From Heteronotia binoei (taxonomy: Eukaryota): 64,000 nucleotides of DNA. The DNA is taken from NCBI RefSeq assembly GCF_032191835.1, contig NC_083229.1, positions 86,180,001 through 86,244,000 of the forward strand. Direction: 5' to 3'. The position numbers and the translations under genes are program-made. This document shows, one piece after another, positions 50,411 to 62,472 of the stretch (position 1 is its first letter; each line of letters begins with the position of its first letter). Under the pieces are notes generated by a model. The model had not been told where the DNA came from, made no database searches, and was given only the letters and a program-made list of their open reading frames with translations.

Positions 50411-50889
50411 ATGGGTGAGTGGGTTGTGTCTGTGTCTCTACTCCAGGAAGCAGTCACAGAGCTCTCAGTGTGTGTGTATGTATGGGGAGGAAAGGAAAAG
50501 GGAGGTAAGAGGCAGAAACCATGAAGCGGAGTGCAGGAAGCAAAGAGCCACTGAGGGAGCTGGGAAAAAGCAAGGTGCTGTGCAGCAGCAGCAGCCTTAG
50601 AAAAGAAAGCAGGAGAAGGAAGTTGCTTGGGAGTGAGATTTGAGACCTGGTTGGGCTGCATGTTTGACACCTATAGAGTAGAATGATGTCAAAACATCTG
50701 AGAAAATCCAACAAATCATAGTCACCAACCTTTTTTTTTTTTTTGCCATTCATCAGTATCTCAGGATAGTATTTTAAGGACTGGGGTTTGGTTGTATTTA
50801 GTTAGTAAAGCTCAGTTAACTTTTTCAAGAACATCATATAAAAAAACCACTGCCGTTCAAGATTGTTAGGTGTATTCAGTGAAGATGAT

Positions 50890-51850
50890 TATTTTCTATT
50901 TATTTATTTGATTTCTATTCCACTCTCCCCCCATGATCATGGGATTCAGAGCAAATTATTGCATAAATAAGCAATTTAAAAATAGTTAAAATCTATAAAT
51001 ACACAATCAACAGTTAACCAGAAGATATATAAATTATGTCACCGTTCTCAGGGAAAGAGGAGAGGGGAAGAAGCCAAGGACAGTATATAACTAAAAACTC
51101 CCTGGTCTTGCTCATAAGCCTGGCAATACAGTTCCATTTTACAGCCCCTGCAAAAATGAGTGAAGTCCCGCAAGGCCTGGATCTTGCTTGGAAGTGCATT
51201 TCACAAAGCTGGAGCTATATCACTAAAAAGGCTCTAGCTCTAGTTGAGGCCAGGTAAATGGTCCTTGGCTCTGGGACCATCAGTGTGTTGTTGCTTAAGA
51301 AGTGTAAGGGTCTTTGGGGTGTATGCCAGGAGAAGCAGTCTGGAAGATATGTTGGTCCCAGATCATAAAGGTATTCAAAGGTTATAGGAAAGGAAGGAAA
51401 GGTCCCCTGTGCAAGCACCAGTCATTTCCGACTCTGGGGTGATGTTGCTTTCACAACATTTTCACGGCAGACTTTTTTAAAGGGGTGGTTTGCCATTTCC
51501 TTCCCCAGTCATCTACACTTTCCCCCCAGCAAGCTGAGTACTCATTTTACTGACCTCAGAAGAATGAAAGGCTGAGTCAACCTCGAGCTGGCTACTTGAA
51601 AACCAGTCAATACCTTAAACTTGATCTGGAATTCAATCTCAAGCCAGTGCAGCTGGTGAAGAACCAGCTGGATATATGCTCTGATAAGGGTTCTAACTAG
51701 GACTGCTGCATTCTGGACCAGTTGAAGTTTCTGGGTCAGTCTCAAGGGTAGTCCTATATAGAGCAAGTTACAGTAATCCAGTCTCAAGGTGATCATTGCA
51801 TGGATCACAGTGGCTAGACGCGGGTGAGATAGGAAGGGGACCAGCTGGTA
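50890..51850 (-). mobile_element. L2-clade LINE 3' fragment split by a SINE
   Basis: RLDYCNLLYIGLPLRLTQKLQLVQNAA...LHWLEIEFQIKFKVL (51600-51850) continues as ITFEYLYDLGPTYLPDCF...STRARAF (51000-51387). Confidence 0.75.
51388..51605. mobile_element. Sauria-SINE/Bov-B-tail-type SINE fragment
   Basis: ggaaaggtcccctgtgcaagcaccagtc...ggtttgccatttccttcccc...cattttactgacctcagaagaatgaaaggctgagtcaacc. Confidence 0.6.
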
Positions 51851-51879
51851 AATCTGGCATAAATAGAAAAACCAGGTTT

Positions 51880-51985
51880 TTTTTTAAAAAGCAGGAATGC
51901 ACAGAAACACAGTTCTGGCTGGCTTGGCATCAGGGGGTGTGACCTAATATGCAAATGAGCTCCTGCTGGGCTTTTCTCTACCCCC
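51880..51985. mobile_element. hAT MITE fragment containing an octamer motif
   Basis: ggcatcagggggtgtgacctaatATGCAAATgagctcctgctgggc. Same family as 62282-62472 and 56289-59164. Confidence 0.7.
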
Positions 51986-54912
51986 CCCCCAAAAAAGTCC
52001 TGAGACAAACACTGACCTGGTAATGTTCGGGATCTGGACCTCGATTGGCAAGGATGTATCCAGACCAAAAGAGGGGATCTCTCAGTGTAAATACCAGTCA
52101 GGAAAGAAAAACCACTGGAGAATAGAACCATCAAACAATTCAAATATTCAAAATGTACATACAAGCATTCATGTAAGTATTTGTTAAATTATTCACAGTG
52201 GTTCACAGCAAGAGCCAGGAACAACATATATCAAAGCACAGTGGCTTACTTAAAGGTGCAGTACATGTAAATAAACAAGAATCTCAAGCTGTACAAATTT
52301 CAGTAAGCAGTACACAAAATAATTTTCCAGGCAAAACAAAGGCACCAAAACTGTGCAAAAATCCTGCTAGTTGGATTGTAAGGTCTATCTTGAGGACTGA
52401 TGCTGATGCTGTGATATAACTTTCAAAAATCTGGGATTCCAATTATAAGAAGTGATCGATAAAGGAAACGAAACACATTTAGAATCCGGACACACATCTC
52501 TTTGTCTTCTTCGAGGGGCACTTGGCAACCAGAAGATCTAAAGTCTGATTATAAGAACTCCTGTATAGTTGGTTCCTTTGGTTATTTGGAAAACAGTTTG
52601 GTGAACTGCTTATTGAGAATTGTGCAGCTTGTGAATTTCCTCCAATGGCACTTGACAACTTGAACACTTACAATCTAAATTCAAAATATGATTGTGTCAT
52701 TAGCATTACTTAGGGATTCACATTTTGCTGTAGGAAGAGCTTCATCAATCACCATCTTCAGTGGAAAACATTTAAAGGAGTCTGCAGTTGAGTGCACTTT
52801 CTGTAAAGAGGACTTAAGCTGATCCAAGGTGGAGAAAAAATTCCTGAGCTCATTCTGGGATGCCCTACCAGATGGATTTACAATGCTTGCCACATTTCAG
52901 CAGACTGTGCACTTTGCTAAAGGTAGGCTTTAGGACCACCAAAGTATTTTTGGTCGAAAGGGAAACTGCGTCAGAATGCATTAATAAATAATAAGAGGAT
53001 CAGAAGCAAAGGGACTCTTTGTACAAGGATTAGGGAGGAAACGTTTAGGAGATCCTTCACACACAAAAAAAATGGAGGGGAAATTTCAAATGTGCCGGGG
53101 GAGGTCTAATTTTAAATACTATCAAAAGGATTGTAGAGTTTTGAAAAGTTAACATTATTTTCAATCCAGATTTAAAATATGGAAAGTATTCAGCACTGAT
53201 AAGACAAATAAAGCAAAGTTCAGTTATGAGTAACTGACTTCAGTAAGAGGTAAATTTTGATCTTATTAGATCAACAACCTCTATTCCAATAATTAGATCC
53301 AATGTGAAACACTATATAGTTGTTGAGTAAATTGTGAGCCGATTCATCTGCTCTGTGTTTCCGGTCCCCGTCTGATGAGAAGCGATTCTTCCTTCCCTGA
53401 ATTAAGGGAGCAGACATCTGAGTCAAGGAGTCTCTCAATCTAGAACAGAATGGACATTCCAATGCGGAGGGGGAGCAAGAAGGAGGCTTCTGGAGAAAAG
53501 CTTTAAAACCTAGTTTTAAATGTGCTGGAGATAACAATTTAGTTGTTGAAAAATAGCTTCCACAGTTTCTCCTATAAGCAAGCAGTGGTCTCCAAAAAGC
53601 TGCACATAAGAATTGTTTTGCAAGTCAGTGTTAGACTTCCAAGTCAGTGAAATGCGCTTCTAAGTTTTCAATTGAGGTGAAAGGAACTTGCTGACATGAG
53701 GATTCAGTGCTCTTAAAGGAGAAAGGAATGCCTGATCACAAGGCAGGCAGAGCCAGGGGTGAGTTCCTGGGAGGCTGTCAAAAGTCCAAACAAGGGAGAA
53801 TGAGATAAGAGTTCAGAGCCAAGAGGGCCATTGCCAAGGGGTTGTCTGAGAGGCATAGTCAAACAGTCCAAGGGTTACTCATGAGCAGGCATCAAGCAGA
53901 ACCACAAGCCATAATCAGAAGTTGGTCCAGGGGTCACACAAGCAAGACAGGAACTGAAGCTGTGGTTGCAGAGTCAGTGGTAGAATGACTTGCTGCTGGT
54001 GCACCTAGGCATCTCCCTTAACTGGTTTTATAGACATGTGCCTAAGGGTCAAATTTGCAGCCAGCTTCTACGGAGTAATTCTGCAACTACTCAAGCAGCT
54101 GGCATTGTGCCAGGTGAGCACCCTGTTGTCTCTCCTGTAGCTCAGCTCATAGCCTCTGTCTGTGGTGCTCAAAGGTGTGGGTGATACTGGAGGACTGGGA
54201 ACAATCAACTTAGTTTCACCTGTTGACTGACTGTGGCTCTGCACCAGCTGTTGGGTGTGAATCTTTACCAGCCTGCAGTTCATCTTCCAGCTTGCTGGCT
54301 TCAGCTGACACAGTTAGTTACACGTGACTCTTCTTCTCCTGAGAAGTCCTCTCCCCCTAAGGAGTCCCCTCTGAGCCTTGGCCGACCCACAACACCATTC
54401 AGTAATACACCTTAAGAGTTTCAGATTCAGCCACCAAAGCTTCAGAAATATTGTTTATGAATGGAAGGGTAGAAACAGAAAATGCACTTACTGGGTCTTT
54501 CAAAAGAAGGAGGTTATATGTGTGTAGCTGTTTTGCAAGGTTTGAAGTGTTTGAAAATATCAATTGCACAAAGATTCTGCCTTCTGAACCCTGGTATAGA
54601 GATATACTTGTATTTCAAAGGGTGAAAACCATATTTATAGATGCTTGACGAATGGCAAAATTACAAAGATTTTGTGATCTAACAATTTTGAATATATATT
54701 GTATTAGGTTTTAGTATTTATTGTATTGTTTTTGTTTATATTTTGAGTTATTTCATGTTCTTTTGAGTTTTTTGTTTTCATAACATGTTATGTAATGATT
54801 TATTACTTCGTAAAAAAAATGTCTTGCACACTTCTTTTTTCTCCCCATTGTTAACAATTCTACTTAAGTAACTTCTTTACTTGAACATCTGTGGTGTTCT
54901 TGGGCAGGCAGT

Positions 54913-55344
54913 TGTCAGAACTTGTAACTTTTGCTTTATGTGCCTTAGCCAAACCGACTCCATGCTGTACATTAGTAATAACATAGAGTGCCTGACCACT
55001 GCAATTAACCCTGGCCCCTGTGCTATGCCAAATATTTAGGGCAGTAGGGCGGACGACAGATAGTCTCTGCTTAACATCCACAGGTGCCCTTTGAAGACAG
55101 GCCGTTTGGCCTTCACAACAGGGGGGCATCCTTCTTTCTGATAACGGAGTCTGGGAAGAAGAAATGCTTGTTTGAAACCGTGTGAATGATTGCTTTATTG
55201 TGCTTTACTGATGGCATAAAATGTAACCAACTGCCAGGAGTTGTCATTACTGTTATTTAGTCGCTCTAGTACTGTAGTTCTTCAATAAAGATCCTAACTT
55301 GTAACAAGTATTGGACTCGTCTGAAGTTCGTCCAAGTTCTGACA
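54913..55344 (+). mobile_element. Solo LTR (432 bp)
   Basis: 12-bp terminal inverted repeat TGTCAGAACTTG...CAAGTTCTGACA, perfect 5-bp TSD GCAGT at 54908-54912 and 55345-55349, and AATAAA at 55284-55289. Confidence 0.9.
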
Positions 55345-56364
55345 GCAGTATATAAATCAAAGAAATATTTCTCACTCCCACTCACTTGTGTTGCTACCAG
55401 ATAAGATGACTTGGAGGTTTAAGAAAAAGCAGTTTAAAAAACAGTTAAAGCTTAAAACAGTTTTAAAAATCATGGTAGGGCAGACTAAAAAGCTTCTTGC
55501 TATCACCTGTTTACAGAAGTCAAGAGATAGAAGTTCTAAAAAGGAATAAAATTAAATAAAACACATTCAATAAGCAGCAGCTGGTCTGATGCCATTTTTG
55601 CCTCCGAAAAGGTATAGGTTTTGATCTATAAACTCTAGACAGACTAGGATCAGGTAGTAGCAATGACCCAACTAAGTCTTGTCTAAATGCTAAGATGTTT
55701 ATCTCCTTAGTATTCCCTGTCTTTTGAAGCTAAGTGGCTGGTCTCAAAAGATAAGACCTTTTCAAAGCCCTTACAGCCATCCTATCCTTTCCCCTGCATC
55801 TAGCATTACTATTTTATGTGTTTTGGCACCAGACCAAGACATTGCTATTTCAGCTTGCTTTTTGTTCATTGATTGATTGTACTTTATGCTGTTTTTTTAT
55901 TTCTGGATGTGAAATTCGTGGTGTTTTAGCATTTGTTTGCTTATAGTATTTTTTGATTTTACATAACAGATTTTATTGCATGTATGACCTTTGGCAGTGT
56001 GCTGGAAAAGGCAATATAGAACATTTCTTAAATATCTGATCTATTGTAAACCCAGATTTAGTTTAAACACTTTAACACTTTCTCTAAATGAGAAGATTAA
56101 AGAGGTAGCTCCACCCCACTTTCAGATTTAAATACATGCTCTCAAGCTATGATATATAAATTGTATGGCATAGTATGCTTCTGTGTACAATGAAATACAC
56201 ATACGTTATGTACATGTTAACTGCAAGGCATCAACTTAATCTAAAATGCAAATAAAATCTAAGTCACTAAATATTTATTAGATATATACAGGGGTGGAAT
56301 TCTAGCAGGAGCTCCTTTGCATATTAGGCTACACACCCCTGATGTAGCCAAGAGCTTACAAAAA

Positions 56365-59085
56365 TATAAACAATTAACATGATACTTGCCACATCATACC
56401 AATAAAACAACATTACAAGAAAAAAAAACTCCACATGGACTCCTCCTGAGGGTCACAGTGCCACACTGGATCACTACATTGAGTGCTTCCGCCAGAGAGT
56501 TTAAACTGATGTGATCAACAAACAACACTGCACAGCAGAATCTCAACCATGCTGAAAGGAAGACCATAGACAGTCTCAGGAATAATATGTATATTACAAT
56601 TAAACAGGCAGACAAAGGAGGAGCTGTTGTCATCATAAACACATCAGACTACATCAAGGAGGCTCAAAGACAACTCTCAAATACTTCATTTTACAAACCA
56701 CTTGACTCAGACCCCAGACAGGAATATAAAAAGGAACTAAACAAGATTACAAAGGAATTACCACTGAGCGTTCAGGAACAGATCCTGTCAGACACATCAC
56801 AGGAACCTCGACCAGGTACTTGTTATCTTCTACCCAAAATATACAAACCAGGCAACCTGGGACGTCCCATTGTGTCGGGAATAGGCACTATCACTGAGGG
56901 TGTATTTGGATATATTCTAAGACCCTATGCCATCAGTGCCCCTAGTTATGTTCCTGACACTACAGACTTTCTGAGGAAAACACAATCTTTGAACAATCGT
57001 CCAAAGAACACTATCTTAGCCACCATGAATGTGGAATCTTTATATATCAACGTCTCACACCAAGATGGATTACAAGCTGTAAATAATATAATCTCTGATC
57101 AAAACACAGCTGACTTTGCCACCAAACTGTGCCATTTTGTTCTCACCCATAACTACTTCAGGTTTGGCAATTAACTTTTCCTACAGGTCAATGGTACAAC
57201 CATGGGCACCCACATGGCCCCACAATATTCTAACATCTTTATGGCTGACTTGGAGCAATGCTTCCTAGACTCCCATACCTACCTTATACTTGTATTATAT
57301 TGATGACATCTTTATGGTCTGGACACATGGTAAAGAAGCCCTGGATGCATTCCACCAAGCATTCAGTTACTTTCACCCTATCATCAACTTGACAATGAAC
57401 CAGTCTATGCAAGAAATACATTTACTGGACACCACTGTAAAAATACATGATGGACATATAGACACTACCTTATACAGGAAACCTACTGACAGACAAACAT
57501 ACCTGCATGCCTCCAGCTACCATCCCAAACATACCAAATAATCCATTGTATACAGCCAGGCTCTATGCTACAGCTGCATTTGCTCCAATCCTACTGACAG
57601 AGATGTTCACCTGAGGGATTTACAACAAACATTTTTGGAACTAAAGTACCTGATGAAGTCAAGAAACAGACTAACAAAGCCAGAATGATACCCAGAGAAA
57701 ACCTGTTACAAGACAGACCCCTAAAAGACAATAACAAAACACCACTAGTGGTCACACACAACTCTCATCTGAAAACAGTTCAATGTATCATCAACAACTT
57801 ACAACCTCTATTGGACAGTGACAGCTCTCTTTCAAAAATACTGGGGGGATAAACCTTTCCTTGCACACAGACAGCCCCCCAATCTCAAACAACTCCTCAC
57901 CCACAACAATATAACATCGCATTTGAGCATGAACACCGGTACCAGAGCTTGCAATAAACCCAAGTGCCAACTTTGCTGCCACATACACCCAGACAACACA
58001 GTCTCTGGACCTAACAGCATTAACTACACCATCTTAGGCTCCTTCACTTGTTCATCTTCCAACATTATATATGCCATTAAATGCCAACAATGCCCTTCAG
58101 TTCTCTACATAGGGCAAACAGGACAAACCCTACGCCAAAGGATAAATGGACACAAATCTGACATCAGGAATTACAGAACTGAGAAACCTGTCGGAGAACA
58201 CTTTAACCTTCCCGAGCATTCGATGGGTGACCTCAAAGTAGCTTTTTTTCTGCAAAGAAACTTCAAGAACAGAATGGAGAGAGAAATTGCTGAATTACAA
58301 ATTATTATGAAACTTGGAACACCTCCCCAGGACTGAACAGGGATATGGGGTTTTTATCTCATTACATATGCTAAACCAATTCTTACTGAGTATAGCTATA
58401 CATCTACAGTATTCCAATATATTTCTCTTTTAGAACAATGTATCAGAATGATTTTTTTGTATTGACATACTCAAATAAGGAATATGGGCTGTTTATCTCA
58501 TTACATATACTAACCCACCTTCCACTATATTTTAATATATCCTGTTTTTCTAATAGCTAACTAATATGAATTTTTCTTTTAGTACACTATATCAGAATAT
58601 TGAGGGGGGGGGTTATATTGACATACTCAAATAAGGGATATTGGCTGTTTATCTTATTACATATACTAACCCATCCTCCACTGTATTTTAATGTATTCCT
58701 TTTTTTCTAATGGCAAACTATAATGATGTTATAACCTCTTGAGTAACTATGCCCTCTATTTAAACCCAAAACTAACAAGTCAGAATGTTTCCCAGATTTA
58801 TGGCACTTCACACCTGACCTACGACATCATTCTGGTTTTTATCACCCTCCAATGTTTTTTTCAACAACATTAACTAACAAACACAGACCCCAATTTGTGA
58901 TTCTTTTAAATGGCTAAAAACATTCCCATGATTCTACATACCAGCTTACTGCCCACTTATATTAAGAACTGTTGCTTGCAATTCCAATTTTGTCTGATGA
59001 AGTCTGCTTACAGCATACGAAAGCTTACATCCTGAATAAAACCTAGTTGGTCTTAAAGGTGCAATTTATCTACTGCTTTGTTCTA
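56365..59085 (+). mobile_element. Penelope-like retroelement (RT plus GIY-YIG), 5' truncated, with stops and frameshifts
   Basis: IKQADKGGAVVI, YLLPKIYK, RPIVSG, YIDDIFMVW, LYRKPTD, and GIY-YIG NIIYAIKCQQCPSVLYIGQTGQTLRQRINGHKSDI. The 3' terminal repeat carries a hammerhead motif. Confidence 0.93.
58991..59029 (+). ncRNA. Minimal type I hammerhead ribozyme motif (PLE-associated)
   Basis: TGT-CTGATGA-A-GTCTGCT(TAC)AGCATAC-GAAA-GCTT-ACA. Helix I is TGT/ACA, helix II has one mismatch, and AAGCTT is palindromic. Confidence 0.7.
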
Positions 59086-60962
59086 AAAAAGAGCCTTGTA
59101 AGCTCTTGGAGGATTGGCTACATCAGGGGTATGTGGCCTAATATGCAAAGGAGCTCCACCCCTGGATGTACATAGATATATGTACATAGTAGTAATAGAA
59201 CACCACGGCCAACATCCATTAGCACAGTGCCTAGGACACATGAAAATGTTTTAATTTCTTTTAAAATCAGAAGAAAAAGAGGACTTTGAGGGTCAAAGAA
59301 AATGCTTAATTTTTTTCCCATATCAGAAAAAAATTGAAATGTTAGAGCCTACAAAATTTACTAAATTTTACTAAAACAGAACAAAATATTGAAGTGTTTA
59401 AAGATGTATTAAAATAAATTTTAATATTGATATTATTATGGTGGGAAGGGCCCATAAAGTGCTTATGGCCCACAAAAGTCATAATGCGGCCTTGTGAGAC
59501 ATTTGACTCAAACCATGTCAATGAGATTCCATCATCTATCAAAATACTTACCAAGGTTCTGAGAACAAAAATAGACCAAAACATTGGCTCCAACCCATAA
59601 GCAATTTACTGTGGAATACTAGAAGCCCTAGTGGAATAAATAGTTTTAGCACTGTGGGCCTTGAAAAATAACCTAGTACAAACAACTTCATTACTGTGTG
59701 AGCCCAATTTCCAATCTTGTTCACCTTAAATCACTTTCATGTGGGTGCTCAAGTTGACATTAACCTCATAAATTCTTCTTTATGAGCCTGAAGTGCAAAT
59801 CTGAAAGCAGGATGCATGCAAAATGTAGTGTAGGAGTGCTATGCAGAGGGGGATGCAAGAAAAATGATCCAGGATTGCAGTGAACTGTTTGATGGGATTA
59901 TTTTCTTGCTCTTTTCACATAATTGCATTAAGTAACCATACCGTTATTGCTGAATTCCTTGTCCTTTTTTTCAAAATAAATTTTGTGAATTAGAGGTACA
60001 ATTTACCTTTGGACTACAGAAACTGTAATTGCTTAGCGAAAAGCAAGACAGGAATTTACTAAGTGAGGTCATGTATTAACAGCAAATATATTTATTCTCT
60101 TTGTTCTGTGAAGCTGACAAGTTATCTCTGCCAGCACATTTTCAACAGTAAGCATTTAGGGTGGCAAGCAACCCCCCCCCCTTTTGTTCTTATAGAGAAG
60201 GGGAAGTGGCTGGAATGAAAAGCTAATTTTGCTCTTCACTGAAGCAGGGAGGATCAGGGACAGTGCAATGTTAAACCGCTTCCCTATTTCCTGTTTGGCA
60301 GGCATCCGAGGAGTAGTCTGATGTAAAACATCTCTCAGGCAGACATCCAGCACAGCTTTTCATGAGCAAATGAAATCTGTGTTTTTAACCAGTTGTTTTC
60401 AGCAAAATAACTTCCAAGGAATCAAGACTATTCTATGCAGCTTGCCGTGCAAGAATTTTATTCTGAGTAATGTGCTTCATGTTTTTTTTTCAAAGATGTT
60501 ATGTCAGCTGTTATGAAATGCAACACAGAACTTAGACTGAAAATGGAAACACTTTTTAAGTTCTGGCAACTAACCACATGGAACTCGTACAGAAACTTGG
60601 ATGTTATTTTAATACAAGTCACAATTAACAACAAACATTTGTAGGATGCTTCTTTCTTTAAAGACTGGTATTCAGAAACAAAAGTTTGTAATGAAAATAA
60701 CAAAATAATTTGTTCATAAATTATCAAGAATTTGGACTGATTCATAAAGGTTTGTAGGTGATATATATCTAATAATGAAGTGTGGTTCTGCTATTTGCAT
60801 ATATCCAAATCTGTGGATCATGGCCACACTTACACTAAACAGATTTCTCTGCAAATGTAAGGGACCCCCAGATTTGCAGGAAAAAATTGAAATCTTAAAA
60901 AAAAACCACTAGGAGGTAAAAATACCATCCCCCAATAAAAGATTATTCTGTGTTCAAACTTA

Positions 60963-61249
60963 GGCCGTTTTCCCACTCACGTTTTACTGGCGCCACGACC
61001 ATCCTGACGCCGGCGAATCTGCCTGGATTTCGCAACAGAAGCGCCGGCGCTCCCAGAAGCGCCGGCGCTTTCCGTCGCTAAGCCAGCGCAAACGTTTTCC
61101 TGCATCTTTGCGATTTCCGTTTGCGCTGGCTTAGCGACGGAAGTAGCCGGCGCTTCTGGGAGCGCCGGAGCTTCTGATGCGAAATCCAGGCAGATTCGCC
61201 GGCGTCAGGATGGTCGTGGCGCCAGTAAAACGTGAGTGGGAAAACGGCC
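60963..61249. mobile_element. PIF/Harbinger MITE, near-perfect 287-bp palindrome
   Basis: TIRs GGCCGTTTTCCCACTCACGTTTTACTGGCGCCACGACC... with a TTA TSD on both sides. CpG-rich. Confidence 0.9.
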
Positions 61250-61419
61250 TTAGAGAACACACCCACCTCCTGCATGGCCATTGGTAGGTGTGGCCCAGGA
61301 ACTGAACCAGGCCCAGTAAACCCCTACACAGGTCTCATTCCATACACTTCTGTTATCCAGAATAGTGAAAACCAAAGTAAATTGTGAGGATGCTCTAAAA
61401 AGAACTCTTCAAACTGTGT

Positions 61420-61760
61420 AAGTGGATGACAGTGGGGCAAGTGAGGTTCATTGTCAGTAAGTGTAAGGAAATACACTTCTGGGCTAAAACTCATAATTTT
61501 AATTATAAGGTGGCGGACTCATAAATGGTGGTGATTAACCAGGAAAGAGATATTCAGCTTGTGATGGGTAGCTTCATGAAATTGTAGCTCAATGTGTGAC
61601 AACAGTGAAAAAGTTAAGAATTGTTATGAAAGGGATTGAAAATGACAATTTTCAATAACACCTTTGAATGGATGTGTGGTACTGTTGCATTTGCAGCACT
61701 GTGTTCAATTCTCATTGTATCTCAGAAAGAATATTGTAGTTGAGATGTGCAGTTTATTTT
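61420..61760 (+). mobile_element. Old CR1 3' fragment
   Basis: Decayed resemblance to CR1 (gtaagtgtaagg...ccaggaaagagat...tcaatgtgtgacaacagtgaaaaag). Confidence 0.45.
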
Positions 61761-62281
61761 ATCATATTTATATTCCACCCTCCCCAAATATATCCAATCT
61801 AAGAAAAGACCCAAGAAAAACCTTATTGGTATTTTTTTGATATATCCAGATCCAAGTAAATATCGTAAAATCTCTGCCAAGCTAGTATATTCAGTCCCAA
61901 ATATATCCAGATGTATTTGGATATATGGTATATATGGAGCCAGCAGTTTAAGCTTTAAAGCTCTCCAAGACAGCTTGTCCCCCCCCCCCCCCCATTTGCA
62001 AGTTTCCCAGGTAATGAGGTTGGGAGAGTAGGCAGTTGTCACAGGCAAATGGGATCACACATTAGGGGAAAACCGATGTTAGTATATGTGTGTATCTGTG
62101 TCATGTCTTGCAGGTCTGCCTGACTATCTCTGGTTCTTCTGGGCTTCTATGGATTGCTATTGGTTCTGCCGGGCTTGCAAAAGTGTCTCCCCTTACTTAA
62201 GTTTGTTCTGGTTTGATATTGATTCTTTTGGACTTGCACATTCCACATTGGCTCTGGGTTCTTTGATGAAGTGGCCTTGAT

Positions 62282-62472
62282 CAGGGCCTTTTTTGCAGGA
62301 AAAGCCCAGCAGGAACTCATTTTCATATTAGGCCACACCCCCTGACATCACCATTGTTTAGTATAGGGCTTTTTTTGTGGAAAAAACCCCAACAGAAGTT
62401 CATTTGCATATTAGGCCACATCCCCTGATGCCAAGCCAGCTGGAACTGCTTTCCTGCTCAGAAAAAGCCCTG
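62282..62472. mobile_element. hAT MITE
   Basis: TIRs CAGGGC(C)TTTTT...AAAAAGCCCTG, perfect 8-bp TSD GCCTTGAT at 62274-62281 and 62473-62480, and octamer ATTTGCAT at 62402-62409. Confidence 0.9.

Larger units (their letters stand above)
56289..59164. mobile_element. Palindromic hAT MITE (arms 56289-56364 and 59086-59164) interrupted by a Penelope-like element
   Basis: TIRs CAGGGGTGG...CCACCCCTG. Decayed 8-bp TSD GATATATA / GATGTACA. The arms are mutually inverted. Confidence 0.75.

Noticed and set aside
53371-53400. CTGATGA as a fourth hammerhead core
   Set aside because: There is no helix II hairpin followed by GAAA, and no PLE context.
59700-60500. Possible conserved non-coding enhancer in repeat-poor sequence
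   Set aside because: Conservation cannot be judged from one sequence; a multi-species alignment would be needed.
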